Positions 9,134 to 17,993 of a stretch of DNA of 64,000 bases are shown here, in pieces; the first letter of the stretch is position 1, and each line of letters begins with the position of its first letter. The position numbers and the translations under genes were made by a program. The notes under the pieces were generated by a model. That model worked only from the letters and a program-made list of their open reading frames with translations, was not told where the DNA came from and ran no database searches. Origin of the DNA: an uncultured Armatimonadia bacterium (GTDB lineage Bacteria; Armatimonadota; Zipacnadia; CAVVLO01); the NCBI GenBank assembly GCA_963749155.1, contig CAVVLO010000002.1:1536001-1600000 (forward strand), written 5' to 3'.

Positions 9134-9640
9134 ATGGAGCGCGTTCACTTTATGGAGATGGCGCTGGCCCAGGCGAAGCGCGCCGCCGAGCTTGGAGAGG
9201 TGCCTGTCGGTTGCGTGGTGACTCGCGGCGAGGAAGTTCTCGCGGCGACTCATAACCTTACCGAGACCCTCCAGGAGCCGTCCGCTCACGCCGAATTGCT
9301 GGCGCTGAGACAGGCCGCGCGCAAGGTGGGCAGTTGGCGGCTTGAAGGCTGTGACCTGTATGTCACCCTCGAGCCTTGCCTGATGTGCTGCGGGGCACTG
9401 GTACTCGCGCGCATCCAGACTCTGATATACGCCGCGACCGATCCCAAGGCCGGGGCGGTTACGAGCAAGTTTGAGACGCTTGCGCCAGGCCGGCTCAACC
9501 ACGAGGTTCAGGTGGAAGCCGGCTGTTTGAAGGAGGAGGCCTCCCTCCTGTTGAAGTCGTTTTTCAAGCGACTTCGAGGCCAGAAGCAACGCGGAGAGAT
9601 GGCTGAGCTGGACGAAGGCGCTCGACTCGAAATCGAGTAG
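9134..9640 (+). CDS. tadA: tRNA adenosine(34) deaminase TadA
   Basis: GEVPVG, HAE, LYVTLEPCLMC and DPKAGA motifs. The 3' end overlaps tRNA-Ser. Confidence 0.92.
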   Translation: MERVHFMEMALAQAKRAAELGEVPVGCVVTRGEEVLAATHNLTETLQEPSAHAELLALRQAARKVGSWRLEGCDLYVTLEPCLMCCGALVLARIQTLIYAATDPKAGAVTSKFETLAPGRLNHEVQVEAGCLKEEASLLLKSFFKRLRGQKQRGEMAELDEGARLEIE

Positions 9641-9688
9641 CGGGGTTAACAGCCCCGCTCGTGGGTTCGAATCCCACTCTCTCCGCCA
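9593..9688 (+). tRNA. tRNA-Ser(CGA)
   Basis: GGAGAGA/TCTCTCC acceptor stem, anticodon arm CTCGA-CTCGAAA-TCGAG, long variable arm, GGTTCGAATCC, encoded CCA. Confidence 0.95.
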
Positions 9689-9726
9689 CTTGTTGTCTGT
9701 TACAATGAACTGGTTGTTGTACACGC

Positions 9727-9822
9727 GGAGAGATGTCCGAGCTGGCCGAAGGAGCGCCCCTGGAAAGGGCGTAGGGGGAGCGAACCTCTCCCTCGTGGGT
9801 TCAAATCCCACTCTCTCCGCCA
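9727..9822 (+). tRNA. tRNA-Ser(GGA)
   Basis: GGAGAGA acceptor, anticodon arm CGCCC-CTGGAAA-GGGCG, long variable arm, GGTTCAAATCC, CCA. Confidence 0.95.
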
Positions 9823-9841
9823 TTTATTGCAGTACTCGGTT

Positions 9842-10107
9842 TGGTGCTAGGCGGGGCGCTAGCGGTGCCCTGAACCCGAAATCCGCTCTATGCGGGGCTG
9901 AATCCCCACCCGAGGCTCAAGATCGGCAGGTCTGCCCCAGGCAAGTAGTGTTGAAGATTGGGTCGCACGCGACGCCGGCCCGCCCAACTCCGCCAGGACC
10001 GGAAGGTAGCAACGGCAAGTGGGTTCAGGCGAGTGCCGTGCCTACGCCTGATCCGAGCTGGCTGTCTGGGTAACGCTGTACGAATTGGGTCGACGGTGGG
10101 TGCACCA
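9842..10107 (+). ncRNA. ffs: Signal recognition particle RNA, large (Alu-domain, Bacillus scRNA-like) type
   Basis: Alu 5' part GTGCTAGGCGGGG..TAGCGGTGCCCTG..AATCCGCTCTA, helix 8 CCAGGACCGGAAGGTAGCA, and TGGTGC/GCACCA terminal pairing. Sits between tadA and dnaX as scr does in Bacillus. Confidence 0.92.
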
Positions 10108-10130
10108 TTTAAAAGTTCCGAGGAGACTTG

Positions 10131-11903
10131 ATGTCCACGCAGAGCCACCAGTCTCTCTACTTGAAGTACAGGCCCCAGGATTTCACTTCCCTGGTGGGTC
10201 AGAAGCATGTGAGAGAAACCCTGCGCAATGCGGTAAGGGCCGAGCAGATATCGCATGCCTATCTGTTTTGTGGCCCGCGTGGCACCGGCAAGACCAGCAC
10301 GGCGCGTATCCTGGCCAGGGCAATCAACTGCCTCGGGCCGGTGGACGGCGAGCCTTGCGGCGTCTGCGAAAACTGTCTGCTTATCCTCAGCGGGCGCTCA
10401 ATGGATATTATCGAGCTTGATGCCGCGTCCAACCGGCGCATCGATGACATCCGCGATCTGAGGGAGAAGATCCGCGTCGCCCCCTCTCAGCTTCCCAAGA
10501 AGGTCTACATCATTGACGAGGTGCATCAACTCGTCTCCGAGGCCTTCAACGCCCTGCTCAAGACACTGGAAGAACCGCCCGATTTCGCCCACCTGGTGCT
10601 GGCCACCACCGAGCCTCAAAAAGTGCCCGAGACCATCCGCTCGCGCTGTCAGCGGTTCGATTTCCGCCGCGTGGCGACCGAAGACCTGGCTGAGCGACTG
10701 CGTTATGTGGTCGGCGAGGAAGGTATGGGCTTCGAAGAAGCTGCCCTTTACGCCATCGCGCGCGCGGCCGACGGTGGGATGCGCGATGGGCTCTCGATGC
10801 TCGAACAGGTGGCCGCCTATTCGCGCGGTCAGATATCACTCGAGGCGGTCGGCGCGGTGCTTGGGACGGTGGATACGGACTTCCTGCTTACCCTTTCCGA
10901 AGCGCTTGGGGCCAGGCAGACCGAGCGCGTGATGCTGCTGATTCGCCAGGCGGTGGAAGAAGGCAAAGACATCGCCCAGTTGCTGGGAGAATTGATTGGT
11001 CACTTCCGCGACTTGCTGCTGTTGAAATCGGGCACCAGTTTCGAGGCCATGCACTTGCCGACGGCTTATGAGCATCGTTTCGAAGCGGCTGTGGCGGGTT
11101 TCTCGGTGGCTCATCTGCTGGCCTTGCTAGAGCTGCTGGCTGAGACTGAGAAGGATCTGCGGTGGAGCACCCAGCATGCCCTGCTGCTTGAGGTAGCCCT
11201 GGTGCGGGCACTTTATCTGCTGCAATATGGCGGAGCGCCAACTCTGGTGGCTGCTCCTGTTTCCACGACCGCGGACGCCCCCAGGCCCAGGCCTCAGGCG
11301 CAAGCCGCCCCGAAGCCTTCCGAACAGGAAGAGAGTTCCGAGGCAGCCACCGCGACTGAGCCACTAAAAGTGGCTAAGCCAGTGCCCGAACCAGAGGCCG
11401 AACCAGCCCCGGAGGCGCCCGCCGACCCAAGGCCTGCTACAAGCCAGAATCTGATTGAGATCTTGCGCGCGCGCCTGGAGAAAGAGGGCGAGGTGTCGCT
11501 TGCTACTATGGTGTGCCAGCTCTGGGTAGAGGAAGATTCGCCTGCGAAACTGGTGCTGGCGACCGATTATGCCTTTTGTTATGAGCGTCTGAAGACCGGC
11601 GACAAGTGGGATGTGCTCGAAAGCCAGGCCAAGGCGCTTCTGGGCGCGGAAAAGCAGATCGATTTCGTGCTGAGAGAAAAAAAAAGCCTAAATCCTGAGC
11701 CTGTAACAACCGAAGCTTCGACCGAACCGGTCGCTGCGCTTACAGTGACCAGCGTAGTGCAAGACATACTGGCGCGTTTCCCCGAGGCCCAAATCGTGGA
11801 CGCGCCTCCAGAAGGTGAACCGGATGAACCTGAACAAGCAGATGCTGCAGATGGCCAAGCAGATGCAGCAGAAGATGACCCAGATGCAGGAGGAACTGGC
11901 TGA
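10131..11903 (+). CDS. dnaX: DNA polymerase III subunit gamma/tau
   Basis: LYLKYRP, GPRGTGKT, Zn-binding Cys cluster, IIDEVH and SRC motifs, followed by a Pro/Ala/Glu-rich linker. Confidence 0.96.
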   Translation: MSTQSHQSLYLKYRPQDFTSLVGQKHVRETLRNAVRAEQISHAYLFCGPRGTGKTSTARILARAINCLGPVDGEPCGVCENCLLILSGRSMDIIELDAASNRRIDDIRDLREKIRVAPSQLPKKVYIIDEVHQLVSEAFNALLKTLEEPPDFAHLVLATTEPQKVPETIRSRCQRFDFRRVATEDLAERLRYVVGEEGMGFEEAALYAIARAADGGMRDGLSMLEQVAAYSRGQISLEAVGAVLGTVDTDFLLTLSEALGARQTERVMLLIRQAVEEGKDIAQLLGELIGHFRDLLLLKSGTSFEAMHLPTAYEHRFEAAVAGFSVAHLLALLELLAETEKDLRWSTQHALLLEVALVRALYLLQYGGAPTLVAAPVSTTADAPRPRPQAQAAPKPSEQEESSEAATATEPLKVAKPVPEPEAEPAPEAPADPRPATSQNLIEILRARLEKEGEVSLATMVCQLWVEEDSPAKLVLATDYAFCYERLKTGDKWDVLESQAKALLGAEKQIDFVLREKKSLNPEPVTTEASTEPVAALTVTSVVQDILARFPEAQIVDAPPEGEPDEPEQADAADGQADAAEDDPDAGGTG

Positions 11904-12141
11904 GACCGAAGTCGAGGGCAGTTCTGGCGGTGGGATGGTAAAAGCCTGGGCGACCGGCCTGGGAGAGTTCCTGAGGATTGAGATATCTCCCGAGGTCATA
12001 GATCCCGAGGATAAGGAGATGCTCGAGGATCTCGTCACGACCGCCGTGCGCGACGCACTCGAGAAGGGCAAGGCGCTTCACGCCGAGAAGATGGGCGCGA
12101 TTATGCCCGGCGGTATGGGCGGAATGCCCGGACTGTTCTAG
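11824..12141 (+). CDS. ybaB: YbaB/EbfC nucleoid-associated protein
   Basis: MQQKM...EGSSGGGMVK...IDPEDKEMLEDLV, directly after dnaX. Confidence 0.92.
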   Translation: MNLNKQMLQMAKQMQQKMTQMQEELAETEVEGSSGGGMVKAWATGLGEFLRIEISPEVIDPEDKEMLEDLVTTAVRDALEKGKALHAEKMGAIMPGGMGGMPGLF

Positions 12142-12212
12142 GCCAGTCATACAAGCCACCGCCGGCTTCTGGGCGCTGCCTGGTGGCCGGCTCTAGTGCG
12201 GGAGGGACCGCA

Positions 12213-13475
12213 ATGGGTTCACGCGAGGAGTTCTTCGCGGCGGTTGATGCGCTGCCGGTAATTGACACCCACGAGCATCTCGAGACCGAACAGGACCGCA
12301 ACAAGGCGCCTCTCGACTTCTTCCACTGGTTCTCTCACTATGCCTCCTCAGACCTTATAAGCGCGGGGATGCCGGGGGCCGACCTCGATTATTGTCGTGG
12401 GAGCGAGAATCCCCTCGAAGAGCGCTGGAACCGGTTCGAGCACTGGTGGGAGCGCACCAGGAACACCGCCTACTGCAAGGCGCTGGAGCTGGCCGCGCGC
12501 GACCTGTTCGGCGTCGAGGAGATAACCCGCGCCACGGTAGGGACGCTGTCCGAGCGCCTAGAAGCCACCCGCCAGCCTGGCTGGTACAAGGTAGTGATGC
12601 GGGAGAAGTGCAATATCCGCAAAGCCATCTTCTGCGGCGACCACCCTCATCTCGATCGCGAACTTTTCACGCCCGTCTACCACGTCGATGGGCTTATCTC
12701 GCCCTTGGGCAAGCAGCAGCTTGATTGGTTCGGCCACCAGTTTGAGGTAAGTGTGCACAGCCTGCGCGACATGCTTGTCTTGTACGACAAGGTGATGGAA
12801 CGCACGGCTCAGGGCTTCTGCGGCTACAAGCTGGCGATCGCCTATCAGCGGACGCTCTCCTTCCCCAGGACGAATCAGGAAGATGCGGAACGAGTCTTCA
12901 ACCGGCTCTTCCAGGCGCCCGGTAACGCTATCAGCCCGCTGGAAGCGCTGCCCCTGCAGAACTGGCTGCTGCACGAGTTGCTTGCGCGAATCGAAGCGAC
13001 CGGCAAGCCACTGCAGGTGCACACCGGCCTGCAGGAGGGCAACGGCAACTACATCACCAACAGCAAAGCCAGCCATCTGGCCAATCTGTTCGCCGACTTC
13101 CCAAAGCTCAAATTCGATATCTTCCACGGCAGCTACCCTTATATGGGAGAGCTTGGGACGCTGGCGAAAAACTTCCCCAACGTGTTCATTGATATGTGCT
13201 GGATGCACGTCATTTCGCCGTATGCCTCTCGCGTGGCGCTTCGAGAGTGGCTCGAAACAGTACCAGCGACCAAGATTAGCGCCTTCGGGGGCGACTATAT
13301 CTTCATCGAAGGAACTTATGCCCATTGCAAGCTGGCCAAGGCGGATGTTGCGGAAGTGCTCTGGCAACGCATCGAAGAGGGGCAGGATGATGAGGCTTCG
13401 GCCCTGGCGCTGGCCAGGCGGCTGCTCTTTGACAACCCCAGAGAACTCTTCGGGCTAGAGGTAGACGGCGGGTGA
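12213..13475 (+). CDS. Amidohydrolase family protein (amidohydro_2 / uronate isomerase-like TIM barrel)
   Basis: IDTHEH, QVHTG, IFHGSYP, IDMCW and FGGD metal-site motifs. Confidence 0.82.
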   Translation: MGSREEFFAAVDALPVIDTHEHLETEQDRNKAPLDFFHWFSHYASSDLISAGMPGADLDYCRGSENPLEERWNRFEHWWERTRNTAYCKALELAARDLFGVEEITRATVGTLSERLEATRQPGWYKVVMREKCNIRKAIFCGDHPHLDRELFTPVYHVDGLISPLGKQQLDWFGHQFEVSVHSLRDMLVLYDKVMERTAQGFCGYKLAIAYQRTLSFPRTNQEDAERVFNRLFQAPGNAISPLEALPLQNWLLHELLARIEATGKPLQVHTGLQEGNGNYITNSKASHLANLFADFPKLKFDIFHGSYPYMGELGTLAKNFPNVFIDMCWMHVISPYASRVALREWLETVPATKISAFGGDYIFIEGTYAHCKLAKADVAEVLWQRIEEGQDDEASALALARRLLFDNPRELFGLEVDGG

Positions 13476-14759
13476 AGCGACAGGACGCGCTAACCGAGCT
13501 GCGTGAATACATCGCAGGTCTTTGGATCGTAGACACGCACGAGCACCTCGTGCCCGAGACCGAGCGTTGCGCGACCCAGCGTGATTTCTCGGAGCTTTTC
13601 CGCACCTACACCGGCAATATGCTCCTCTCCGCGGGGATGTCGCCGGTCGATTTCAACGAGTTTATGCGCCCGCACACCGACCAGGCCCGCAAGTGGGCGC
13701 TTGTTGCGCCCTGGCTCCCGCACGTAAAACGGCTTGGATACTGGCAGGCAATCCAAATCGCCCTACGAGACCTGTTTGATATACATGAGTTCACCGAGGC
13801 CAGCGCGCAGGCGCTTTCCGAGCGACTCCAGGCAGCAAATAAACCAGGCTGGTATGCCGAGGTGTTTGCCAAGGCGCGCATCGCCCGCTGCGTGTGGGAT
13901 CGAACCTGGGCAGGGACAGGCCTCGACTCTGACCGCGCAGCTGTTCGCTCCGGTGGTGCGTTACGACCGGTTCGTGATGCTCAGCAGCGCAGGCGAGGTG
14001 GCCCGACTCGAGGCGGAGCTTGAAGTTTCAATCCACTCACTTGCCGACCTGGAGCTTGCACTCGAGCGACGCTTCGAGCTGGACCTTGCCGCCGGGATGG
14101 TCGGGGTGAAGTCTGGCCTGGCCTATGCGCGCACTCTTGATTTCGCCAAACCGACCTTCCAGGAAGCCGATCGAGTTTTCTCTCGCTTCAGCGCGCAGCC
14201 TGGGCAAGCAGTCAGCCTGGCTGAAGGCAAGCCCCTGCAGGACTGGTTGATGCACCGGGTGCTGCAACTCGTCGAGGAGGCAGGCTTGCCGATTCAGTTC
14301 CACACAGGCTTGCTGTCGGGCAACAGCTATGCGCCCGAAAAGGCGCGCCCAACCCACCTGGCCAATTTGCTGGCTGAATATCCCAAGGTGCGCTTTGCGC
14401 TATTGCATCTCGGCTGGCCAGATGGGGGCGAGTGTATTACACTGGCGAAGAACTTCCCGAACGCGCATGCGGATATGGCCTGGGTCTGGGCAATCTCTCC
14501 CCCTGGGGGCAGAGCCGTCCTGAGGGAACTGCTCGAGACAGTGCCAGCGAGCAAGCTCCACGCTTTTGGGGGCGACTGGCATGAGGTCGAAGGGGCCTAT
14601 GGCCACGCCCAGCTTGCGCGAGAGGGAGTGGCCCAGGTGCTGGCTGACCGAGTCGCCGAAGGCACTGATTCGATACAAGAGGCCAGGCGGCTTGCCAGGA
14701 TGATATTGTTCGAAGCGCCCAGGGCGCTGTATTGTCCAGAACTGGAATATCCAGAATGA
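13472..14759 (+). CDS. Second amidohydrolase family paralog (apparent +1 frameshift near 13937)
   Basis: VDTHEH lies in ORF 13472-14023 and QFHTG/FGGD in ORF 13734-14759. Joined, they are colinear with the upstream paralog (DRELFTPV vs DR-QLFAPV). Confidence 0.78.
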
Positions 14760-14838
14760 TTTACTGATATGGGAACGTCTGGCGTCCTTATTCCGTTGTT
14801 TCTGTATGGCAATCTTGGATTCGAGGTGAGCGCTTCAG

Positions 14839-15261
14839 ATGGGCGTCAAAGGATATTGGGGAGCCGGAGTTTTTCTGGTGGTACTTTTCGCGATGGTGCT
14901 TAGTGCTATCTTGATCCCAGAAAGACAGGAAGAAAAAGATACGGGCTTGCCCTCCAGCGCAGACGAGCTTATTGCTGCAGCCAAAACGCTGTCAGTTGGC
15001 GCGCCTGAGTCAACTATCCTGGCAGTTATGGGAGAGCCAAAAGGCAAGCAAGAACTGATGCCTGGCCTGGTCCGCTGGAGCTGGGGCGACGTTACCATCT
15101 CTGTCTACAAGGGCAAGATCTGCGGGATGGAAGGCTGCAACCTGATGACCAGGGGAGAGATGATCCCCGCCGAGTTGCAGACACCCGAGAATCTGAAACC
15201 GAAACCGCTCTCACCCGCAGGCAAGTCGCCGGCCGAATCTGCGGCCAGCGCTGGCGAATAA
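14839..15261 (+). CDS. Membrane-anchored hypothetical protein, weak SmpA/BamE-like motif
   Basis: N-terminal TM helix. 'LSVGAPESTILAVMGEP...RWSW' resembles the SmpA/OmlA pattern. Confidence 0.55.
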   Translation: MGVKGYWGAGVFLVVLFAMVLSAILIPERQEEKDTGLPSSADELIAAAKTLSVGAPESTILAVMGEPKGKQELMPGLVRWSWGDVTISVYKGKICGMEGCNLMTRGEMIPAELQTPENLKPKPLSPAGKSPAESAASAGE

Positions 15262-15326
15262 CTAGCCGCGGCGCCTTGTCGCCTGGTGAGAACTGGGCGA
15301 TGGGGAAACTGCTTTGCAGCGCTCTA

Positions 15327-15366
15327 AGAACGCCTGTTTGCATTTTTCGGTAAGGCAGCTTATAAT
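15327..15366 (+). promoter_or_regulatory. lexA promoter with overlapping putative SOS box
   Basis: TTGCAT (15338-15343), 17 nt spacer, TATAAT (15361-15366). GAAC-GCCT-GTTT at 15328-15339 overlaps the -35. Confidence 0.65.
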
Positions 15367-15395
15367 AGCTCTGAAGACCACCCAGGGGAGGAGCT

Positions 15396-16040
15396 ATGAA
15401 AGGGCCTTCAGAGCGCCAACTCGATTTGCTGAGATTTACCGACACCTTTACCTTGCAACACGGTTATCCGCCCTCAGTCAGAGAACTTGGCGAAGGGGTC
15501 GGACTTAACTCCAGTTGCACCGTCCAACGTCATCTCAATGCCCTCGAACGAGCTGGTTTTATTCGTCGGCAAGACCGAAAATCGCGCACCCTCGAGCTTA
15601 CCGAGTCAGGCAAGCGCGCGATTGGCCTGATGGAGCCAGAATCCGCCCTTCTTGATGAGCCCAACTGGCTGTCGGTGCCGCTGCTTGGCGCCATCGCAGC
15701 AGGCTCGCCCATCCTGGCGGAAGAGCATGTCGAAGATCACCTGCGAATCGAGGCTGGACTCCTGGGAGGCGGGGCGCACTTTGCGCTGCGCGTCCAGGGC
15801 GACAGTATGACAGGCGCGGGTATCCTCGAGGGCGATGTCGTCGTCATACGGCAGCAGGCGAGCGCCGAAAACGGCGAGCTGGTCGCCGCCCTGCTCGAGG
15901 ACAGCGCCACCGTAAAACGCTTCTTCCGGCGCAATTCGCATATAGAACTGCGTCCCGAGAATCCCGCTTACAAGCCGATTGTCAGCACCGAGGCAAAAGT
16001 GCTCGGAAAAGTCGTGCTTGTGCTGAGAAGCTATTCCTAA
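15396..16040 (+). CDS. lexA: SOS repressor LexA
   Basis: wHTH (YPPSVREL), cleavage site IAAG, catalytic GDSM and TVKR. Confidence 0.96.
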   Translation: MKGPSERQLDLLRFTDTFTLQHGYPPSVRELGEGVGLNSSCTVQRHLNALERAGFIRRQDRKSRTLELTESGKRAIGLMEPESALLDEPNWLSVPLLGAIAAGSPILAEEHVEDHLRIEAGLLGGGAHFALRVQGDSMTGAGILEGDVVVIRQQASAENGELVAALLEDSATVKRFFRRNSHIELRPENPAYKPIVSTEAKVLGKVVLVLRSYS

Positions 16041-16055
16041 GGGCTCCCAGTCAAG

Positions 16056-16706
16056 ATGACAAAAATTGCGCCCTCACTGATTGCGCTCGATTTCACCCGA
16101 CTGGGTGAAGAACTGGCCTTGCTTGAACAGGCGGGCGCCGATTTTCTTCATCTGGATGTGATGGACGGGTGCCTCGTGCCCAATATCACCTTTGGTCCGC
16201 TGGTGGTAGCCGCTTGCAAGCGCGCGACCAGGCTACCCCTGCAGACTCACTTGATGATTATTCAGCCGGACAAATACCTCGAAGCCTTTGCCGAAGCAGG
16301 CGCTAGCGCCTTGTGGGTCCATGCGGAGGCCAGGGGCGATGTGATGGCCAACCTGAAGCGTATCCGGGAGCTAGGCTGTTCTCCAGGGCTTGCGATTGAT
16401 CCGCCAACCGGCGTCGAAGGGCTGGAAGAACTGCTTCCGCTGGTGGATACCGTGCTGGTAATGACCGTGCCGGCGGGATTTGGGGGACAGGCTTTCAGGG
16501 AAGACTGTCTGGCCAAAGTACCCCCCCTGGTCAAGCTGAGAGAGCAGCTTGGGCTGAGTTTCGAGATTGCTGTAGATGGTGGAGTGAAACTCTCAAATGC
16601 CTCTCATGTACGCGAGGCTGGCGTTGATATTATTATCTCTGGCACAGGCCTTACAAAGGCAGGACTTCCTTACCAGGAAGCAATTGCCGCGATGCGAAGC
16701 GCTTAG
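16056..16706 (+). CDS. rpe: Ribulose-phosphate 3-epimerase
   Basis: IAPS, LHLDVMDG..VPNITFG, HLMI, MTV.AGFGGQ and VDGGV motifs. Confidence 0.95.
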   Translation: MTKIAPSLIALDFTRLGEELALLEQAGADFLHLDVMDGCLVPNITFGPLVVAACKRATRLPLQTHLMIIQPDKYLEAFAEAGASALWVHAEARGDVMANLKRIRELGCSPGLAIDPPTGVEGLEELLPLVDTVLVMTVPAGFGGQAFREDCLAKVPPLVKLREQLGLSFEIAVDGGVKLSNASHVREAGVDIIISGTGLTKAGLPYQEAIAAMRSA

Positions 16707-16718
16707 GAGGAACTCCCA

Positions 16719-17993
16719 ATGCCTGCCTGGCTTGCCGCGATTCTGGTGCTGCTCGTGCTAGCTTGTTCAGCCAATGCCTCACCCTGGCGCACCGATCCCC
16801 GGAGTGTTACGGTCAAGGATCGCCTGGGGGTCTCGACCCATTTCGCCCAGGGGCAACCTGTCGAATTTCTGGATTACCTTCAAGACCTGGGCATTACGTG
16901 GCTGCGCGAAGAAGCCCCCTGGCAGGCTTTCGAGCCTGAGAAGGGCAGATATACCGTGCCCGAAAAATATGCCGAACTGGCACAGGGCGCGCGCCAGCGC
17001 GGATTGAAGCAGATTTGGATGCTCGGTTACGGCAACCCGATATACGAAAATCCACTTGATCCCGAGGCTTATGCAGCTTGGTCGGCCTGGATGGCGAAGC
17101 AGTTCGAAGGCGAGGCTATCTGGTGGGAGCTTTGGAACGAACCCCACAACTTTCAGGTGCTGCAGCAGTATGGCGGCAACTGGGATGGCTCTCCGCCCTC
17201 GCCCTGGGTAGGGAAGTTTCTCGAACTGGTCGGCGGGGCTGCGAAGGCGATGAAGGAAGTCAGCCCTGACTCCGAACGCGCTACCGGCGATGATGTCTGG
17301 TTCAACCTTAATCGGTTCCTGGAAGAGGGGCTTTCCTCAGACATCACGACCTTGACGATGCACCCTTATACCCATTCGTGGACTGCCCCAGAGCTTTCAG
17401 GCCTGGATGGTTCTTATGTCGTGACGGTGCGCAAGCTGGCGGAGTTGGCAGAGCAGAAGCTGGGCCATCCGGTTGACCTGTGGGTTACTGAATGGGGTTA
17501 TGGGCCTGCGTGGGAAGGGGGCAGTTTTGAGGACGCCGCAGTTTTCCTCGCGCGTCTTTATCTGGCCAACCTGGCTACCGGCACGCGGGTCATCTGCTGG
17601 CATACCTTGATGGACTGGGGAGATGGCCCCTGGGGCCTGCTGGACAATGATCATAACAAGCGGCCGGCCTATTTTGCGCTGAAGACGCTCGCGAATACGC
17701 TGGGCGAGTATAAGTTCCGCCGGCAGGTGGTCGGCACCCCGCTGCTCAACGAAGGGGCGCTGGGATTGCTCTTCTCCGCGGAGGAGCCACGCCGCTGGGC
17801 GCTTGCGCTTTGGCGGATGGAGGGCAAGTCGTCCTTCAGACTGACTGAGCTTGAGGGCGCTGTGACCAGGACTGACTACCTGGGAGAAAGTGCCGAACTC
17901 ACGCCCGTAGCTGGCGGTCTTTCAATTGAAGTTGGCGAGGCGCCTGTCTATCTGACTGGCCTTGGAGCAACGCCCCAAGTCACGGCAGACTAA
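16719..17993 (+). CDS. Secreted clan GH-A glycoside hydrolase (GH39/GH5-like)
   Basis: Signal peptide, WELWNEP acid/base, MHPY, WVTEWG nucleophile, WGLL...KRPAY. Confidence 0.72.
   Translation: MPAWLAAILVLLVLACSANASPWRTDPRSVTVKDRLGVSTHFAQGQPVEFLDYLQDLGITWLREEAPWQAFEPEKGRYTVPEKYAELAQGARQRGLKQIWMLGYGNPIYENPLDPEAYAAWSAWMAKQFEGEAIWWELWNEPHNFQVLQQYGGNWDGSPPSPWVGKFLELVGGAAKAMKEVSPDSERATGDDVWFNLNRFLEEGLSSDITTLTMHPYTHSWTAPELSGLDGSYVVTVRKLAELAEQKLGHPVDLWVTEWGYGPAWEGGSFEDAAVFLARLYLANLATGTRVICWHTLMDWGDGPWGLLDNDHNKRPAYFALKTLANTLGEYKFRRQVVGTPLLNEGALGLLFSAEEPRRWALALWRMEGKSSFRLTELEGAVTRTDYLGESAELTPVAGGLSIEVGEAPVYLTGLGATPQVTAD

Noticed and set aside
9002..10073. ORFs 9002-9823 (-) and 9690-10073 (+)
   Set aside because: Translations of tRNA and SRP RNA sequence (AERVGFEPT is a typical tRNA shadow)
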